Shown here piece after piece: positions 40,275 to 50,386 of a stretch of DNA of 64,000 nucleotides. The position numbers were made by a program, and so were the translations under genes. The DNA lies in assembly GCA_047601445.1 (NCBI GenBank), contig JASGJH010000001.1:3936001-4000000 (forward strand), given 5' to 3'. Source of the DNA: Myxococcales bacterium (GTDB taxonomy: Bacteria; Myxococcota_A; Polyangia; Polyangiales; DASUME01). Position 1 is the stretch's first letter. Each line of letters starts with the position of its first letter. Under the pieces are notes generated by a model, which saw nothing but the letters and a program-made list of their open reading frames with translations, did not search any database and had not been told where the DNA came from.

Positions 40275-41825
40275 TTGAAACGTAATCGGTTCGATCTCGC
40301 CTGTACGGTTTTGTTGCTGCTCGGTGGGCTAGGTTGCGACGGCGGGGAAATCGCCGGCCCCGCCGATGGCGTTCACCAAGGGGACAGCGCAGAGGACGCT
40401 GGGAGCTGCGCACCCACACTGGCGTCGGTGAGCGCGATGCTCTCCGCGAGTTGCACCGCGTCGGGCTGCCACAGCTCTGCTTACCCGGCGGGCGGCCTCG
40501 ACCTCGGTGCCGGCGACCTCGCCACGCGACTGGTGGGTCAATCGGCAGGCACCTGCGACGGCTGGCAGCTCGTGAGTCCAGGACGCCCGGAAAGCTCCTT
40601 GCTCGTGAAGAAGCTCGTGGGCGACGTGCCCATGGACTGCGGCGATCCGATGCCCCCTACGGGTCAGCACCTCAGTGCGACCCAGATAGGCTGCATCCAG
40701 GGTTGGATCGCGGAACTCGCGGTGGACGCCGCCGTGAGCGATCCCGTCTCCTGCGAGACCTGCGGAACCTCCTCCTGCGTGGACACGGACACCGACCTGC
40801 TCCACTGCGGCACCTGCTCCAACGCGTGTCCGAGCGGCGCAAGCTGCTCCTCGGGCACGTGCACTTGTCCTGCGGGCTTCGAGCTCTGCGGCGGACGTTG
40901 TGTCGACGTCTCTCGCGACGCCGCCCATTGCGGCAGCTGCGGCAAGTCCTGCGGTACGGGCAGCGTCTGCACCAACGGTGCCTGTGCGTGCAGCGACGGC
41001 CTGGACTCGTGCGGAGGCGCGTGCGTTGAGCTCGCTTCGGATCCCGAGAATTGCTCGGGCTGCGGCGTGGTATGCGGACCCGGCAAGTTCTGTACGCCTA
41101 CAGGATGCGGTACGCAGGTCGATTGCACGGGTCTCACCAAATGTGGAAGCTCCTGTGTCGACACCAAGACCAGCTTGCTCAATTGCGGCGGCTGCGGCGT
41201 AACGTGCAAGGCGGGAGAGTCTTGCAACAACGGCGTGTGCGGTTGTGCCGGCGGAGCGGTCTCCTGCAACGGCAGCTGCACGAGCGTGGTCGACGATGCC
41301 GCCAACTGCGGCGCCTGCGGAAACGTCTGCCCCACGGGCACCAGCTGTGAAAACGGCGCTTGCGCCTGCCCCGGAGGCGGATCCTCGTGCGGCGGCGCTT
41401 GCATCGACACGTCGAGCGACCTCGAGAACTGCGGCGCCTGCGGACACGCCTGCGCCCCCGGACAAACCTGCCAGGCTGGGCATTGCGCTTGCTCGGATCG
41501 CGTGGTGGACTTCACCAAGGACGTCGCGCCCATTCTGCAGAGCGCCTGCACCAACGCCGGCTGTCACTCCGGTACGAAGCCCAAGGAGAACCTCTCGCTC
41601 AGCAGCAGCACGTCCTATGCGGAGCTGGTCGGCGTCAAAACGTCGCAATGCAACGATGGACGTCTTCTGGTGAAGCCCGGTGATCCAGGGACGAGCTATC
41701 TCATGCAGAAGCTACTCGGCCAAGACCTGTGCTCCGGCACGCAGATGCCCAAGGCCGGCAGCAGCCTGCCAGCTCAACAACTCGAGACCATCACAGCCTG
41801 GATCTGCCAGGGCGCGGCGAAATAG
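40275..41825 (+). CDS. Lipoprotein with two cytochrome-c-like (CX4CH) domains flanking six Cys-rich repeats
   Basis: LGGLGC lipobox; CTASGCH...PMPP and CTNAGCH...QMP; 6x CVD...D..NCG.CG..C. Start uncertain (40248 or 40275). Confidence 0.78.
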   Translation: MKRNRFDLACTVLLLLGGLGCDGGEIAGPADGVHQGDSAEDAGSCAPTLASVSAMLSASCTASGCHSSAYPAGGLDLGAGDLATRLVGQSAGTCDGWQLVSPGRPESSLLVKKLVGDVPMDCGDPMPPTGQHLSATQIGCIQGWIAELAVDAAVSDPVSCETCGTSSCVDTDTDLLHCGTCSNACPSGASCSSGTCTCPAGFELCGGRCVDVSRDAAHCGSCGKSCGTGSVCTNGACACSDGLDSCGGACVELASDPENCSGCGVVCGPGKFCTPTGCGTQVDCTGLTKCGSSCVDTKTSLLNCGGCGVTCKAGESCNNGVCGCAGGAVSCNGSCTSVVDDAANCGACGNVCPTGTSCENGACACPGGGSSCGGACIDTSSDLENCGACGHACAPGQTCQAGHCACSDRVVDFTKDVAPILQSACTNAGCHSGTKPKENLSLSSSTSYAELVGVKTSQCNDGRLLVKPGDPGTSYLMQKLLGQDLCSGTQMPKAGSSLPAQQLETITAWICQGAAK

Positions 41826-41921
41826 CGACCACTCGATCGGTGTACCCGCCTGGGGGACTCACACCGAGATGGCCCTCCGAAGGCCTCGCGCCCCGCCCCC
41901 GGCACGGCGTAGTGTCCTCCC

Positions 41922-42644
41922 ATGACCACCGAACCCGGCCCCATCTCCTCCGATGCCTGGATCACCATCGCCACCCTCACCGACCCGGTGGAGGCGGAGA
42001 TGCTCGAAGAGCTCCTGCGCAACGAGGGCATCCCGGTGGCCATGCCGGGGCTACAGCACCGCGCGATGCTCGGCGTGCTCGGCGGCTACGTCAGCATCCC
42101 CGTCCAGGTGCCCGTGCGCGAGAGTCAGCGCGCCCGCGAGTTGCTCGCCGCGTTCCGCGGGGCCCCGGGCTCGCACGAGGAGCCGAACGAAAGCAGCGCG
42201 GACACCAACTCAGGTGCGACACAGGCAGAGCCGGCCACCCCAGTACGCTCGGCCAAAGCCGCGGCGGGCGTGGCGATGCTCGGCACTGCTGTCCTGGGAA
42301 GCGTGGGGGCGGGCCATCTCTACATGCGGCAATACGCGGCCGCGGCGGCGCTGTTCGTGCTCGGGTGGATCACAGTGATCAGCCTCTTTGCGGGCGCCAA
42401 CACGTGGCCGGGCCTGCCGCTCCTGGTCTTCGTCGACATCGTGGGTGCAGCCAGCATCGCGCGCAGCCAGAGCCGCGGAGAGACGGAGAACACGTACCTC
42501 CACGCGAGCGTGGTGATCGTGATGGCGGTGGCGGCGATGGTGATGGCGCCCTGGTTATCCAGCCTGCTCGCGAGGCACGTGGAGACGCCTCCCGCCATGC
42601 ACGGGCCCACGCGCAACGTGGGCTGGGATGGAAGGACGCGGTGA
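41922..42644 (+). CDS. DUF2007-like N-terminal domain membrane protein
   Basis: EAEMLEELLRNEGIP...VQVP....RARELL, then TM helices including GAGHLY. Confidence 0.65.
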   Translation: MTTEPGPISSDAWITIATLTDPVEAEMLEELLRNEGIPVAMPGLQHRAMLGVLGGYVSIPVQVPVRESQRARELLAAFRGAPGSHEEPNESSADTNSGATQAEPATPVRSAKAAAGVAMLGTAVLGSVGAGHLYMRQYAAAAALFVLGWITVISLFAGANTWPGLPLLVFVDIVGAASIARSQSRGETENTYLHASVVIVMAVAAMVMAPWLSSLLARHVETPPAMHGPTRNVGWDGRTR

Positions 42645-42669
42645 GGGCTTGTGCGGGCGCTGTGTGGAG

Positions 42670-43227
42670 TCAGCGCCCGCGCCGGTAGTGCACGGCGACC
42701 GCGCCGCTGCGGAGCGGCTTCGCCGAGACCAGCTCGAGCCGTCGCGTGCTGGGCAGCCCGCTCTGGTACAGGGTCGGGCCGTGGCCGGCGATCCTCGGGT
42801 GGAGGAGAAACTTGTACTCGTCGATCAGATCCAGCCGGTCCAGCTCGGTCGCGAGCTTGCCGCTACCGAGGAGCACGCCGGCCGGGGTCGCGTCCTTGAG
42901 CTTCTGCACGCCAGTGCGCAGGTCGCCGGCGACGTGGTGGCTGTTGGTCCACGGGAAGTCCTTTCGCGTCGACGACACCACGTACTTCGGCTTGGCCTCC
43001 AGCTTGACCGCCCACTCGCGCAAGGCCGGCGGCGCCTCCGCGTCGCCGCGGGCGACCGACGGCCAGTAGCTCTCCATCATCTCGTAGGTGACGCGGCCCC
43101 ACAGCATCGCCCCGCCCTCGTCCATGAGGCGGGTGAAAAAATCGTGTGTCTCGTCGTCGGCGATGCCCTCCTGGTGGTCGACGCAGCCGTCCAGGGTGAC
43201 GTTGATGCCGAAGGTCAAGAGTCCCAC
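42670..43227 (-). CDS. Dihydrofolate reductase-like (RibD C-terminal) protein
   Basis: NVTLDG, GRVTYE, KYVVSST, GSGKLA, LIDEY. Confidence 0.9.
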   Translation of the reverse strand: MGLLTFGINVTLDGCVDHQEGIADDETHDFFTRLMDEGGAMLWGRVTYEMMESYWPSVARGDAEAPPALREWAVKLEAKPKYVVSSTRKDFPWTNSHHVAGDLRTGVQKLKDATPAGVLLGSGKLATELDRLDLIDEYKFLLHPRIAGHGPTLYQSGLPSTRRLELVSAKPLRSGAVAVHYRRGR

Positions 43228-43274
43228 GGTGTCCTCCGTTCGAGATTCGCGACGAGACAGCTCCGCTGGCGCCG

Positions 43275-44051
43275 CTAGTTGAACTTGTACCCAAACCCAA
43301 ACATCTGCCGGAACAGCGCGTGGTTCCGATAGTACAGGTCATTGGATCCGTACTGCGCGCCCGCGTTGATGATGGTGAGGAAGAACATGTTGCGCCAGAA
43401 CGCCTCGAGGCCGAGATCGATCCAGGTAGCACCCGCGAAGTTGTTGCTGTGGGCGTCGATGTCGCGGTTCCTGGCGTTGAGCAAGCCGAGCTGCTGCTCG
43501 ATGCCCACCACGATCTTGAACAGCTTGGGCAGCGCGATGTCGGTCACGAAGCCAAGGTTCAAGCCTACGCCCACGGTGCGAAAGCCGCAGCTGTGACCGC
43601 CGTCGTCGACCACGACGACGTTGGGGCCCGGACCAGGCAGATCGCGATAGTGGCGATAGCGACCGTAGCAAGCGCGACCGGCGTGGAAGTAGGGCCCGAT
43701 CTTGAAGGAGCCATTGGCTCGGGCCCAGTTGGCCAACAGGAAACGGAACGGCGCGCGCACGTCGATGCCGAGGGATTGGCCCCAGCCCGGCAAGGTATCG
43801 TTGCCGAACGTGGGCGCGGAAAGCTCGAGCCCGAAATCCTGCTTGGCGCTGCCGGTGTAGAACCCGCCGCGCAACGCCGCATAGCCGACTTCACCCACGA
43901 GCGCCGTGCCGTTCATCGGCGTGCCGCCGTGCACGGTTGGCGTCGATGTGGTTTGCACGGGCACCTGGGCCGACGCTTCGGCACTGCACATCCACGCGAG
44001 CGACAGGCACGCGAGCGACAGGGTAAGGCGCTTCAAACTCGACTTCATCAA
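43275..44051 (-). CDS. Secreted, probable outer-membrane beta-barrel protein
   Basis: Signal peptide (AEASA), amphipathic beta-strands, terminal FGFGYKFN. Confidence 0.6.
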   Translation of the reverse strand: MMKSSLKRLTLSLACLSLAWMCSAEASAQVPVQTTSTPTVHGGTPMNGTALVGEVGYAALRGGFYTGSAKQDFGLELSAPTFGNDTLPGWGQSLGIDVRAPFRFLLANWARANGSFKIGPYFHAGRACYGRYRHYRDLPGPGPNVVVVDDGGHSCGFRTVGVGLNLGFVTDIALPKLFKIVVGIEQQLGLLNARNRDIDAHSNNFAGATWIDLGLEAFWRNMFFLTIINAGAQYGSNDLYYRNHALFRQMFGFGYKFN

Positions 44052-44282
44052 CTGAAACCCCCGGTTTGGTCCCCAAGGTCATCACGGCCTCGAGATCGGT
44101 GCAAGCTCTTGCGACGCCGTGCAATTTTCTTTCAACCGTGGGCGCGCGTGATTCCTCCAAGAAAGGTGCCGCACCGCCCAGGCCCTGATCCGCATGGGCC
44201 AGAGCCCGCGGTCCGCGCCTGCAAGAACGACACAGCTGGGAGGCAAGCTGCGCTGCCCTGCCTCAGCTGCTAAGTCGGCCGC

Positions 44283-44624
44283 ATGGGACGCACGTTCCTG
44301 AGCCGCCGCGCCAGCTGGCCCCTCCCCGCCATGCTGGCCGTGCTCGTGGTGGTGGTCTGCAGACCGGCGCTGTGGGCTCAGCCGCCCGGTCATCGCTCGG
44401 TCTCGCTCGGACTGATCTCGTGCGCGTTCACGCTGCTGGGCAGCCTGGGCTACTGGCTGACGCTCGTCCTCTCGGATGCGGGGTTGCTGCACTTCCGGAG
44501 TCGGATGGGCATGCGCGAGCCGAGTGAACAGGAACTCGCGGTGGCCGACTGGTTCACGCGGATCCTGTGCTTACTCGTGGCCTACGGTGGTGTGGTGCTC
44601 GCCGCCTTCGCTGCCCCGGGCTAG
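44283..44624 (+). CDS. Small membrane protein
   Basis: Three hydrophobic segments; fills the gap between genes. Confidence 0.5.
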   Translation: MGRTFLSRRASWPLPAMLAVLVVVVCRPALWAQPPGHRSVSLGLISCAFTLLGSLGYWLTLVLSDAGLLHFRSRMGMREPSEQELAVADWFTRILCLLVAYGGVVLAAFAAPG

Positions 44625-44655
44625 CAGCGCTAGCCGCGGCGGCGCTCTTCCTGAC

Positions 44656-44700
44656 GAATATTCCCTTGCACGCATATTCTGTTAATGGAATATACAAGTC
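44656..44700 (+). promoter_or_regulatory. AT-rich promoter/operator of the ArsR-SRPBCC pair
   Basis: TTGCAC...TATACA ending 4 nt before the ATG; inverted repeat ATATTC-N8-GAATAT (44674-44693); no SD. Confidence 0.55.
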
Positions 44701-45042
44701 ATGCACGAGACGTTCGCCGCGTTGGCCGACCCGAATCGCTTCCGCATCGTCGAGCTCCTGCGCGTGGGCCCCCGCCCCGTGAACGAGATCGGGGAGCGCC
44801 TCAAGCTGCAGCAGCCTCAAGTCTCCAAGCACCTCAAGGTGCTCAAGGAGGCCGGCCTGGTGGAGGTAGAGGCGCGCGCGCAACAGCGCGTCTACGAGCT
44901 GCGCGGCGAGTGCTTGCACGAGTTGCACGAGTGGCTCGAACGCTACCGCCGGCTGTGGGATGCGCGCTTCGCCGAACTCGATGAGCTCATCGTGGAGCTC
45001 AAGGCGAAGGAGACGTCCGAAGATCGCAAGAAGAGGAGGTGA
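44701..45042 (+). CDS. ArsR/SmtB-family regulator
   Basis: FAALADPNRFRIVELL, QPQVSKHLKVLKEAGLV. Confidence 0.92.
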   Translation: MHETFAALADPNRFRIVELLRVGPRPVNEIGERLKLQQPQVSKHLKVLKEAGLVEVEARAQQRVYELRGECLHELHEWLERYRRLWDARFAELDELIVELKAKETSEDRKKRR

Positions 45043-45045
45043 CGG

Positions 45046-45531
45046 ATGCCCGGGAATGAAACCATCATGCAGCTCACGTCGGACCGCGAGATCGTCATCG
45101 AGCGCACGTTCAATGCTCCGCCACGCCTGGTGTTCGACGCGTGGACCAAGCCCGAGTTCGTGAAGCGCTGGTGGGCTCCCAAAGGCCTCGGTGTTGCCAT
45201 GGTCTCCTGCGAAGCCGACGTGCGCGTGGGCGGCAAGTATCGCTACGTGATCAAGCCGGCACGCTTCGACGCCGTGGCCTTCTCCGGCGAATACTCCGAG
45301 ATCACTCCCTACTCGCGCCTCGTGTACACGCAATTTTTCGAGCCCATGCGGAACGCGGGCGCCGTCGTGGTCAGCGTCTCCTTCGAAGACCTCGGCGACA
45401 GGACGCACCTCATCTCGCACGAGCTCTATCCTTCCAAGGAGGCGCGTGAGGCCGCCTTGAGCTCCGGCATGGAGCAAGGCATGCGCCAGACCATGGACCA
45501 ACTGGACGAGTTGGTGGCCTCTCTCATCTAA
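45046..45531 (+). CDS. SRPBCC/AHSA1-domain protein
   Basis: IERTFNAPPRLVFDAWT.PE..KRWW, DVRVGG.YR. Confidence 0.9.
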   Translation: MPGNETIMQLTSDREIVIERTFNAPPRLVFDAWTKPEFVKRWWAPKGLGVAMVSCEADVRVGGKYRYVIKPARFDAVAFSGEYSEITPYSRLVYTQFFEPMRNAGAVVVSVSFEDLGDRTHLISHELYPSKEAREAALSSGMEQGMRQTMDQLDELVASLI

Positions 45532-45594
45532 CCAGATGCGCGTTGGACAAAACGCCCTCGTACCCGGCTGGCCTGCCGTGGTAACGAGCGCTCT

Positions 45595-46575
45595 GTGTTC
45601 CCCCTCTTACCGCCCCGAGCCCGTTGGCACCGCATTGGCCAGGCGCCGGGCTGGGGCTTGGTCGCGCTCGTCTGGCTGGCGCTGACCGCGTCGGCCAGCC
45701 GGGCGCAACCGCGTCAGGTGCAGCTCGAGTGGGAGCGTCCCGTAGCCAGCATGTGTCCGTCGGGCGAAACCGTGCAGCAGGACGTCGAAGCCTTGTTGGA
45801 CGAGCGCGTGTTCACCGATGGACCAAGCGCGGGCGGCGTGATGCGCGGCGTGGTCACCGAGGACGAGCAGGGCGTGAACGTTCAAATCGAGGCGCGCAGC
45901 CGCTCCGGAGAGCTACTCGGCCGCCGTGAACTCGCGGCGCCAGCGGGCGAATGTGCCTCCCTGCGACGTCCCATCGCCCTGGTACTCGCCGTGCTCTTCG
46001 ACCAACAGGCGACGGCGCAGGACGGAATGCGCGCGCCTAGCGCAGCCCGTGGCGAACGTTGGATTGGGCTCACGGCCGCGGGGAGCACGGCCATCATGCC
46101 CCGTATCGCGCCCAGCCTGGGGCTCACACTGGGCTTCGCCACGCGCTCGGCCTGGAGCGTCCAGGCGGACGCTGGCTATTGGCTGCCGGTCACGGCGCAG
46201 ACGGCAGGAGGCCTCGGGGCTCGCTTCTACGCGTTTGGGGTCGGGCTCTCGCTGTGCCGGCGCCTGGCTCGCCGCGCCGAGACCCTCGAGCTCGCGTTGT
46301 GTGGCGGCGCACAGGCGGTGCCCCTGTTCGCCAAGCCCATCGGTCTGGGCACCCATACGCGTCAGGTGCGCGTGCTCGCGCGGGCAGCAGTGGAGGTAGC
46401 GCTGTCAATGCGGATCGGCGCGACGAGTGCGATACAGGGGTCGCTGGGACCGATCTTGTCCCTCTGGCGTCCCCGCTTCTTCCTCGAGCAGGCGGATGGG
46501 TCCACGCTGGAAGTCCATCGCCCGGCGACCGTGGGCGCGATTCTTCGGCTGACACTCATAATTTCCGAGCCTTGA
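45595..46575 (+). CDS. Secreted protein of an ECF cluster (C-terminal beta-barrel-like region)
   Basis: Signal-like segment, CP...C motif, alternating beta-strands; precedes the ECF gene. Confidence 0.6.
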   Translation: MFPLLPPRARWHRIGQAPGWGLVALVWLALTASASRAQPRQVQLEWERPVASMCPSGETVQQDVEALLDERVFTDGPSAGGVMRGVVTEDEQGVNVQIEARSRSGELLGRRELAAPAGECASLRRPIALVLAVLFDQQATAQDGMRAPSAARGERWIGLTAAGSTAIMPRIAPSLGLTLGFATRSAWSVQADAGYWLPVTAQTAGGLGARFYAFGVGLSLCRRLARRAETLELALCGGAQAVPLFAKPIGLGTHTRQVRVLARAAVEVALSMRIGATSAIQGSLGPILSLWRPRFFLEQADGSTLEVHRPATVGAILRLTLIISEP

Positions 46576-46590
46576 GGACATGGCCGGTCA

Positions 46591-47196
46591 GTGGCGAAAG
46601 AACACGCGATAGTCGGCCATGAGTCGGGCGAGGCGAGCCTCGCGGCCAAGGCCACTTCCGGCATCGATGGGGCTCACGGAGCGCCCACGCCCCGGCTGCG
46701 CGAAGTGTTCGACGAACACGCGTCGTTCGTGTGCCGCAGCTTGCGCCGGCTCGGGGTTTCCGAGACCGACCTGGACGACGTGCTCCAGGAGGTGTTCCTG
46801 GTGGTCTATCAGCGACTGAGGGACTACCAGGAAAGAGGCCGCGCCCGCTCCTGGCTGTACTCCATCTGCACGCGGGTGGCGCAGGCCCATCGGCGCAAGT
46901 CGCTGCGGAGACGCGAGCACCTGACGTCCGAGCCGCCCGAAACGATGGCGGCAGCAACCCAGCTGGCCCAGCTCGAAGACCGTGACGCCCTCGCGCTCGG
47001 CCATCACTTGCTTTCGCTGCTCTCGCCCGAGCAGCGCGAGGTGTTCGTGCTGTACGAGGTGGAGGACATGACCATGCCCGAGATCGCCGAGGCGCTCTCG
47101 TGCCCGGTGCAAACCGCCTACTCTCGCTTGCACAAGGCCCGCGAGCGCATCCTCGCCGAAGTCCGGCGCGCCCACGACCAGGGGTCCCAGTCATGA
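46591..47196 (+). CDS. ECF sigma-70 factor
   Basis: DLDDVLQEVF, RSWLYSI, QREVFVLYEVE, TAYSRLHKAR. Confidence 0.92.
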   Translation: MAKEHAIVGHESGEASLAAKATSGIDGAHGAPTPRLREVFDEHASFVCRSLRRLGVSETDLDDVLQEVFLVVYQRLRDYQERGRARSWLYSICTRVAQAHRRKSLRRREHLTSEPPETMAAATQLAQLEDRDALALGHHLLSLLSPEQREVFVLYEVEDMTMPEIAEALSCPVQTAYSRLHKARERILAEVRRAHDQGSQS

Positions 47197-48122
47197 CCGA
47201 GCGCATTCCCCCACTCAAGCTCAGCGATGAAGTGCCGCCCGAGTTGCGCGATGCGCTGCGCGCTCTGCGGGGCGAACAGATCGACCCGGGCCGACTCGCG
47301 CGCGTGAGCGACAAGCTCTCGGCCGTGCTCGACGCGCCGCCGCCTCCGCCGTCAGCGCTCCCCTCGTGGTTGCGATTTGCCCCCTCCAAGGCGCTGCTCG
47401 CACGTGTGGCGGTCTCGGCCATTTTGGCCGGCAGCGCCGCCATCTGGCTCGCCACGCCCGCGGAGCGCAGCGCGCCGCCCGCCAAGCCAGCGCTCACCAC
47501 CAGCACACCGGCGCAAGTTCCCGTCACCGACGACACGACCGCCGCGTCCGCGCCTTCGCCTGCGGAGCTGCACACCATGGCGGACGCACCTGCGAGTCCG
47601 AGCTCGGCGCGCGACAAGAACGGCGCAACCACTCCCGCGACGGCGCCTGCACGGCCCCAGCGCCCACGCAGCGACAAACAGCACGTACAACCCCATGGCC
47701 ATGGCACTGCGGCGACCCCCGCCAGCGCAAACTACAGTGGGCGCGATCCAAGCGATGCGCCGAGCGACGCGCTCGACGCGCGCATGGAGCACGAGCCGCC
47801 TGCCGCGAAACCGGAGCCGGTCGCCGACAAGCCCGAGCCGGTCGCCGAGAAACCCGAGCCCCCCGCCCAGCGCAGCGAAGTCGAACTCCTGTTCGAGGCC
47901 CGCCGGCTGATCAAAAAGGATCCGGGCGCCGCCCTGAGGGTGCTGGACGAACATGCCGCGCGGTTTCCGGACGGCATGCTGGTGCCCGAGCGCGAAGTGC
48001 TCGCCATCGATGCACTACGAAAGCTGGGACGCGAGGCTCAGGCCACGCGGCGTCTGCAGGCGTTTCGGACGCGCTATCCTGACTCGTTCCATATCGGCGG
48101 CCTCGAGCGCGCGCCCCGCTGA
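47193..48122 (+). CDS. Putative transmembrane anti-sigma factor
   Basis: ATGA-coupled to the ECF gene; one TM, Pro/Ala linker, C-terminal helical EVELL..AR...H..RFP.G.L..ERE domain. Confidence 0.75.
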   Translation: MTERIPPLKLSDEVPPELRDALRALRGEQIDPGRLARVSDKLSAVLDAPPPPPSALPSWLRFAPSKALLARVAVSAILAGSAAIWLATPAERSAPPAKPALTTSTPAQVPVTDDTTAASAPSPAELHTMADAPASPSSARDKNGATTPATAPARPQRPRSDKQHVQPHGHGTAATPASANYSGRDPSDAPSDALDARMEHEPPAAKPEPVADKPEPVAEKPEPPAQRSEVELLFEARRLIKKDPGAALRVLDEHAARFPDGMLVPEREVLAIDALRKLGREAQATRRLQAFRTRYPDSFHIGGLERAPR

Positions 48123-48143
48123 AGCGCGGCGCACGCTGGCGAC

Positions 48144-48169
48144 GAACCGGGTTTGGTGGAGGGGTCGTC
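48144..48169 (+). promoter_or_regulatory. Possible ECF-type promoter
   Basis: GAACC-N17-CGTC just upstream of the VWA gene. Confidence 0.35.
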
Positions 48170-48200
48170 ATAATTCCTACGCACCAAGAACATAGCGGGC

Positions 48201-50336
48201 ATGCACAAACGCTCGCCCTCCTCGCTCTCGATGCGCTGCTTCGCCCGCATCGCGATCATGGTCCCCTGGCTCGCAGCCGCCTGCTCCGGCGCTGAGAAGC
48301 CTACCCAGACTCCGGGCACCATCATGGGAGACCCCGACGCCGGCGCCGGCGACGGCCCTGACGAGGATGAGTCCGACTGTCCCGAGGCCAACCCCTTTTG
48401 CGCGGAAGACGACGACTCGGAGAATGGCTGCGGCAACCAACCCATCGATCTCACGCCGGCGGGCGTGAACATCATGGTCGCCGTGGATGGCGCAGCCTCC
48501 ATGGCCAGCCATTGGCCGCGAATCCAAGCCGCGCTCAAGGACCTGCGCGCCAACCATCCGGACAGTCAGATCGGCCTGCAAGTGTTCTGGGGCGAGCTGG
48601 TGGAGGACGTGAACCAGGGCCTGGCCAAGTCCAACTGGTGCGGCAACACCAAGAACAACGTGCTGGAGGTCGGAGACCATACAGCAGACGAGCTCGCGAA
48701 GTTCCTGGGCGCCATGCCTCCTGGACCGAGCTACGTGGGCGGCCTCTGGGAGACGTCCCCGGTGATCGAGCCCCTCAACTACTACCTCACCCACGCCAGC
48801 AAGCTCGCCGACCCCGAGCGCACGAACTATCTCGTCTTCATCACCAACGGCAACGACAACTGCTTCGGCTCCGTGTATGCCCGCAAGGAGGAGAAGCTGC
48901 TGGCCTACGAGAAGCTCGCGGTGGAGCTGAGCAAGCTCAACATCCGCACCATCCCCATCGGCTTCGACGCCTCGGCCAAGCCCGGCGCCAACGGTACCTG
49001 GGGCATGACCAACGGGAACACGGACCTCGACGTGCTGAGCACGCTGCTCGCGCACGGGGGCTCCGGACTCACCGAAGTCCCCAAGGTCGACGATCCCGCG
49101 AAGCTCATCGAGGTGCTCGCCAAGGTCGGCGAGGCCGCGCGCAACTGCCGCTTCTCCATTCCAGACGCGCTCGACCCCAGCAAGAACTTGAACCCTTTCC
49201 AGCTCGATTTCGCCGTGAATGGCAAGCTGGTGACGCGCGACCGGCTGCTCAAGGAGGGCTGGAACTTCGTGGATGGTGACACCAGCCAGGTGGAGTTCTT
49301 CGGCAAGGCCTGCCAGGCAGTGCAGGGCAAAGCCAAGCTCGAGGCCCGCCAGACCTGCGCAGACGATGTGTGCGGCACGGCGGCCGTCTCGGTGGAGACC
49401 AAGCCGCGCGCGGTGCTGTACTTGCTCGACTCGTCGGCGTCGCGGATCGAGTGCGTGGACGGCATGCTGGGCTGCCTGGTGCCTCCAAACGTGCCGGCGG
49501 AGCTCTACACGCGCACGTCGATCACGTTCTGGGAGCAGGTCGAGCACAGCCTCGGTCAGGCGCTGGTGGCACCCATCAACGATGACATCGAGTTCGGCCT
49601 GCAATTCTTTCCCGGTAAAGCAGCCTCGAGTCTGAGCTGCGACGTGGCGACGAGCCCGGAGATCCAGCCCGCTCAGGGCACGGAGATCACCATGATGAGC
49701 AACATGCTCGAGAAGCTCCCGCTCGGTCGCACGCCCATCGTACAGGCGCTGGAAAACGTGGCGGCAGCACCAGGCAGGTTGGCGGACCCGAGCGTGCAAG
49801 GGGCCATCGTCATCCTGTCCGACGGCGGCGACAATTGCACCGGTGTGCCCGAAGACCAGATCGAGGCTCGCCTGCGATCCGCCGCGGGCAAGCTGCTCGC
49901 CGCGGGCGTGAAGACCTATCTGGTGCGCTACGGCTCGACGTCGGGCAAGAGCCCCGAACAGGAAGCCCAACTCAAAGCCATCGTACAGAGCGGCGGTACC
50001 GACATGTCGGATCCGCATGATCCCAACCAGCCCGCGTACATCGACGCGAAGAACGACGCCGAGCTCAACGCCGCGCTCGCCGGCATCGCTGACAAGCTCG
50101 CCAACTGCGCGTTCAGTCTCTTCGGGCTGCCCGAAGATGCAGACAAGGCCAACGCCAACATCTACCTCAACGGCGAGGTCGTCCCCTTCGACAGCACCGA
50201 GACGGAGGGGTGGGCCTGGCAGGACGAGGAGCAGACCCAGGTGGAGCTCTTCGGCAACGCCTGCAATGCCTTCAAGACCAATCGCCGCACGAGCCTGGTG
50301 GTCGAATTCGGTTGTGCACCCATCGTGCTGCTGTGA
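48201..50336 (+). CDS. Lipoprotein with two tandem VWA modules
   Basis: LAAAC lipobox; IMVAVDGAAS/FITNG and VLYLLDSSAS/ILSDG, each followed by a C.F...NG..V...GW....QVE.FG.AC domain. Confidence 0.8.
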   Translation: MHKRSPSSLSMRCFARIAIMVPWLAAACSGAEKPTQTPGTIMGDPDAGAGDGPDEDESDCPEANPFCAEDDDSENGCGNQPIDLTPAGVNIMVAVDGAASMASHWPRIQAALKDLRANHPDSQIGLQVFWGELVEDVNQGLAKSNWCGNTKNNVLEVGDHTADELAKFLGAMPPGPSYVGGLWETSPVIEPLNYYLTHASKLADPERTNYLVFITNGNDNCFGSVYARKEEKLLAYEKLAVELSKLNIRTIPIGFDASAKPGANGTWGMTNGNTDLDVLSTLLAHGGSGLTEVPKVDDPAKLIEVLAKVGEAARNCRFSIPDALDPSKNLNPFQLDFAVNGKLVTRDRLLKEGWNFVDGDTSQVEFFGKACQAVQGKAKLEARQTCADDVCGTAAVSVETKPRAVLYLLDSSASRIECVDGMLGCLVPPNVPAELYTRTSITFWEQVEHSLGQALVAPINDDIEFGLQFFPGKAASSLSCDVATSPEIQPAQGTEITMMSNMLEKLPLGRTPIVQALENVAAAPGRLADPSVQGAIVILSDGGDNCTGVPEDQIEARLRSAAGKLLAAGVKTYLVRYGSTSGKSPEQEAQLKAIVQSGGTDMSDPHDPNQPAYIDAKNDAELNAALAGIADKLANCAFSLFGLPEDADKANANIYLNGEVVPFDSTETEGWAWQDEEQTQVELFGNACNAFKTNRRTSLVVEFGCAPIVLL

Positions 50337-50386
50337 TCCGAACTCCCATGAACGGCCGTGCCCGCGCCCAGCGCGAAGGAGCTTCC

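Noticed and set aside
35088..41500. CRISPR or noncoding tandem arrays
   Set aside because: All repeats here are in-frame coding repeats with synonymous divergence; there is no repeat-spacer pattern and no cas gene.
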